DNA of 64,000 nucleotides from Octopus bimaculoides (taxonomy: Eukaryota). The position numbers were made by a program, and so were the translations under genes. This document shows positions 62,461 through 64,000 of the stretch, piece by piece. Each line of letters starts with the position of its first letter. Positions within the stretch are counted from its first letter, which is position 1. Under the pieces are notes generated by a model. That model made no database searches. It saw only the letters and a program-made list of their open reading frames with translations, and was not told the DNA's origin. The stretch covers positions 33,364,119-33,428,118 of the forward strand of contig NC_068999.1 of NCBI RefSeq assembly GCF_001194135.2, given 5' to 3'.

Positions 62461-63550
62461 GTGATACAGAGGTTGGATGGTGAAAGGTGGTTAACAGTCA
62501 AATGCTGTCCAGTTAAGAATTTCTTTTCCTTGTTATCCTTTCTACTAAAAGCACAAAGCCTGAAATTTTGGGGAGGGGGCTAGTCGGTTACATCGACCCC
62601 AGTGCTCAACTGATACTTATTTCATCGACCCTGAAGGACGAAAGGCAAAGTCAACCTCGGCGGAATTTGGACTCAGAACGTCAGGACGGATGAAATGTCA
62701 CTAAGCAATGTGCCTGGCGTGCTAACGATTCTATCAGCCCGCCACCTTTTCCTTAAAAACAAATCTTAACCCTTTTTCTCATATATCCATTTAAAATCAT
62801 TTAGGCACTTTCAGTACGCTCCATTGAACCGTGACGACAATTCTGATCACGTCTGACTTTAATACTTAAGGACTTTACTTATTTATCTATATATTCATTT
62901 ATGGTTATCTTCATTTTATTCTCCAGCATGCTTCTCTGGATAATGTTGATGATAACATATCAAAACCCTCAACTTAGAAAATCGATTATGAAGTGTTCAA
63001 CTGCTTACTTAAAGAAATCAGAAATATAAAAGAAACCTTTACTGAAACAAGAAAAAAAAAAAAGAAAATTGGATTAACTCCTAACGACGATATCGGACCA
63101 GCCAAGCATTTAATGATACACTCGGGGAAGATCAGTTGCTATAAACTCAATCAAAGACCAACTTCCTGCTATAAAGTAACAACAAAACCGATAAAAAAAA
63201 ACAAGTGCTCCAATATAGCCATTGTCCTACGACTGAAGCCATTAAAAAAGTAAAAGAATAACTCGTTTGAATTTATTTGTATTTATTTATTTATTGATAT
63301 TTAAGGTAAAGTCGGCCAGTTGGCAGAATCGTTAGCCTGCAGTGCAAAAAGGTTTCGCGGTATTTCGTCTGTCTTTACGTTCTGAGTTTAAATTCCGCCG
63401 AGGTCGACTTTACCTTTCATGATGTCTCTCACTCTCAGCTGTTCAATGGCGGTTTACTCTACTGAGTTAATATATCTTTTGACAGGTCTTGTTTTCCATC
63501 CTGCAGGGTGTCCAGGGAAAACCATTTCCTTATCAAGCAGGCTTGATAGG

Positions 63551-63635
63551 GCTACTGGTTTAGTCGCCGACTGCTCGGTCATGCGACAGGTTGCACTGGG
63601 TTACATGTTACCAGTAGCATTAAAAGTGACCTGAC
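63551..63635 (-). ncRNA. Candidate HDV-like ribozyme pseudoknot
   Basis: P1 GTCAGGT/ACCTGTC crosses P2 GCTACTGGT/ACCAGTAGC; P4 CCGA(gcag)TCGG followed by CGACTAA; L3/P3 are non-canonical. Confidence 0.4.
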
Positions 63636-64000
63636 ATGCATATATTCATTCCTGCATGCATGCTACGTACATACATAATTACATGCATGCATACATATAC
63701 GTATGTATGTATGTATGTATGTATGTATCTATCTATCTATCTATCGATCTATCGATGGTGCTGATGGTGATGGTGCTGATGGTGCTGGTGCTGGTGGTAA
63801 CCGAAGCGTTGAGGGATGACGGTGAGAGTAAGCGCTGTGAAAGACAGCGGTGATGGTGATGGAGGGGAAGGCGGCGAAGTCAAAAGTATTAATGGTGGTG
63901 GTGTCAGAAGTCTGAATGGTGTGTGTGTATGGCAGATGTGGTGGCGATGGTGGTGGTAGTTTATCATGTAGCTTTGCAATAAGTTCCAAGTCTATAAATC

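Noticed and set aside
62925-63253. Possible exon or ORF after a good acceptor (ttctccag)
   Set aside because: In-frame stop early on, poly-A run, no recognisable domain or donor.

Overview
AT-rich, repeat-dominated animal genomic scaffold with many N gaps and (TA)n/(CA)n/(AAT)n microsatellites. The SINE/LINE repertoire looks like that of an octopus (inference, no database check). Two host genes are supportable. (1) Three spliced + strand exons (22454-22566, 26573-26622, 28503-28643) join in frame into a FAIM-like C-terminal domain. (2) An intronless - strand ORF (58617-59636) encodes a HAD-IIA phosphatase (PGP/PDXP family) with a possible mitochondrial presequence. The rest is mobile DNA: tRNA-headed SINEs of three types, RTE, Tx1 and three R4/Dong-like LINE remnants, Penelope GIY-YIG fragments, mariner/maT transposons, and hAT, piggyBac and foldback MITEs. 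The most interesting signal is outside the ORF track: several minimal hammerhead-ribozyme motifs read by eye (best at 17229-17276 + and 39583-39627 -, decayed ones at 32.1, 33.5, 52.0 and 57.4 kb) in short Penelope/retrozyme-like elements, several inserted in (TA)n tracts, plus a candidate HDV-like pseudoknot at 63551-63635 and a covarying hairpin array in an RTE 3' UTR. Repeat boundaries are approximate, and all ribozyme calls are manual folds, not tested.
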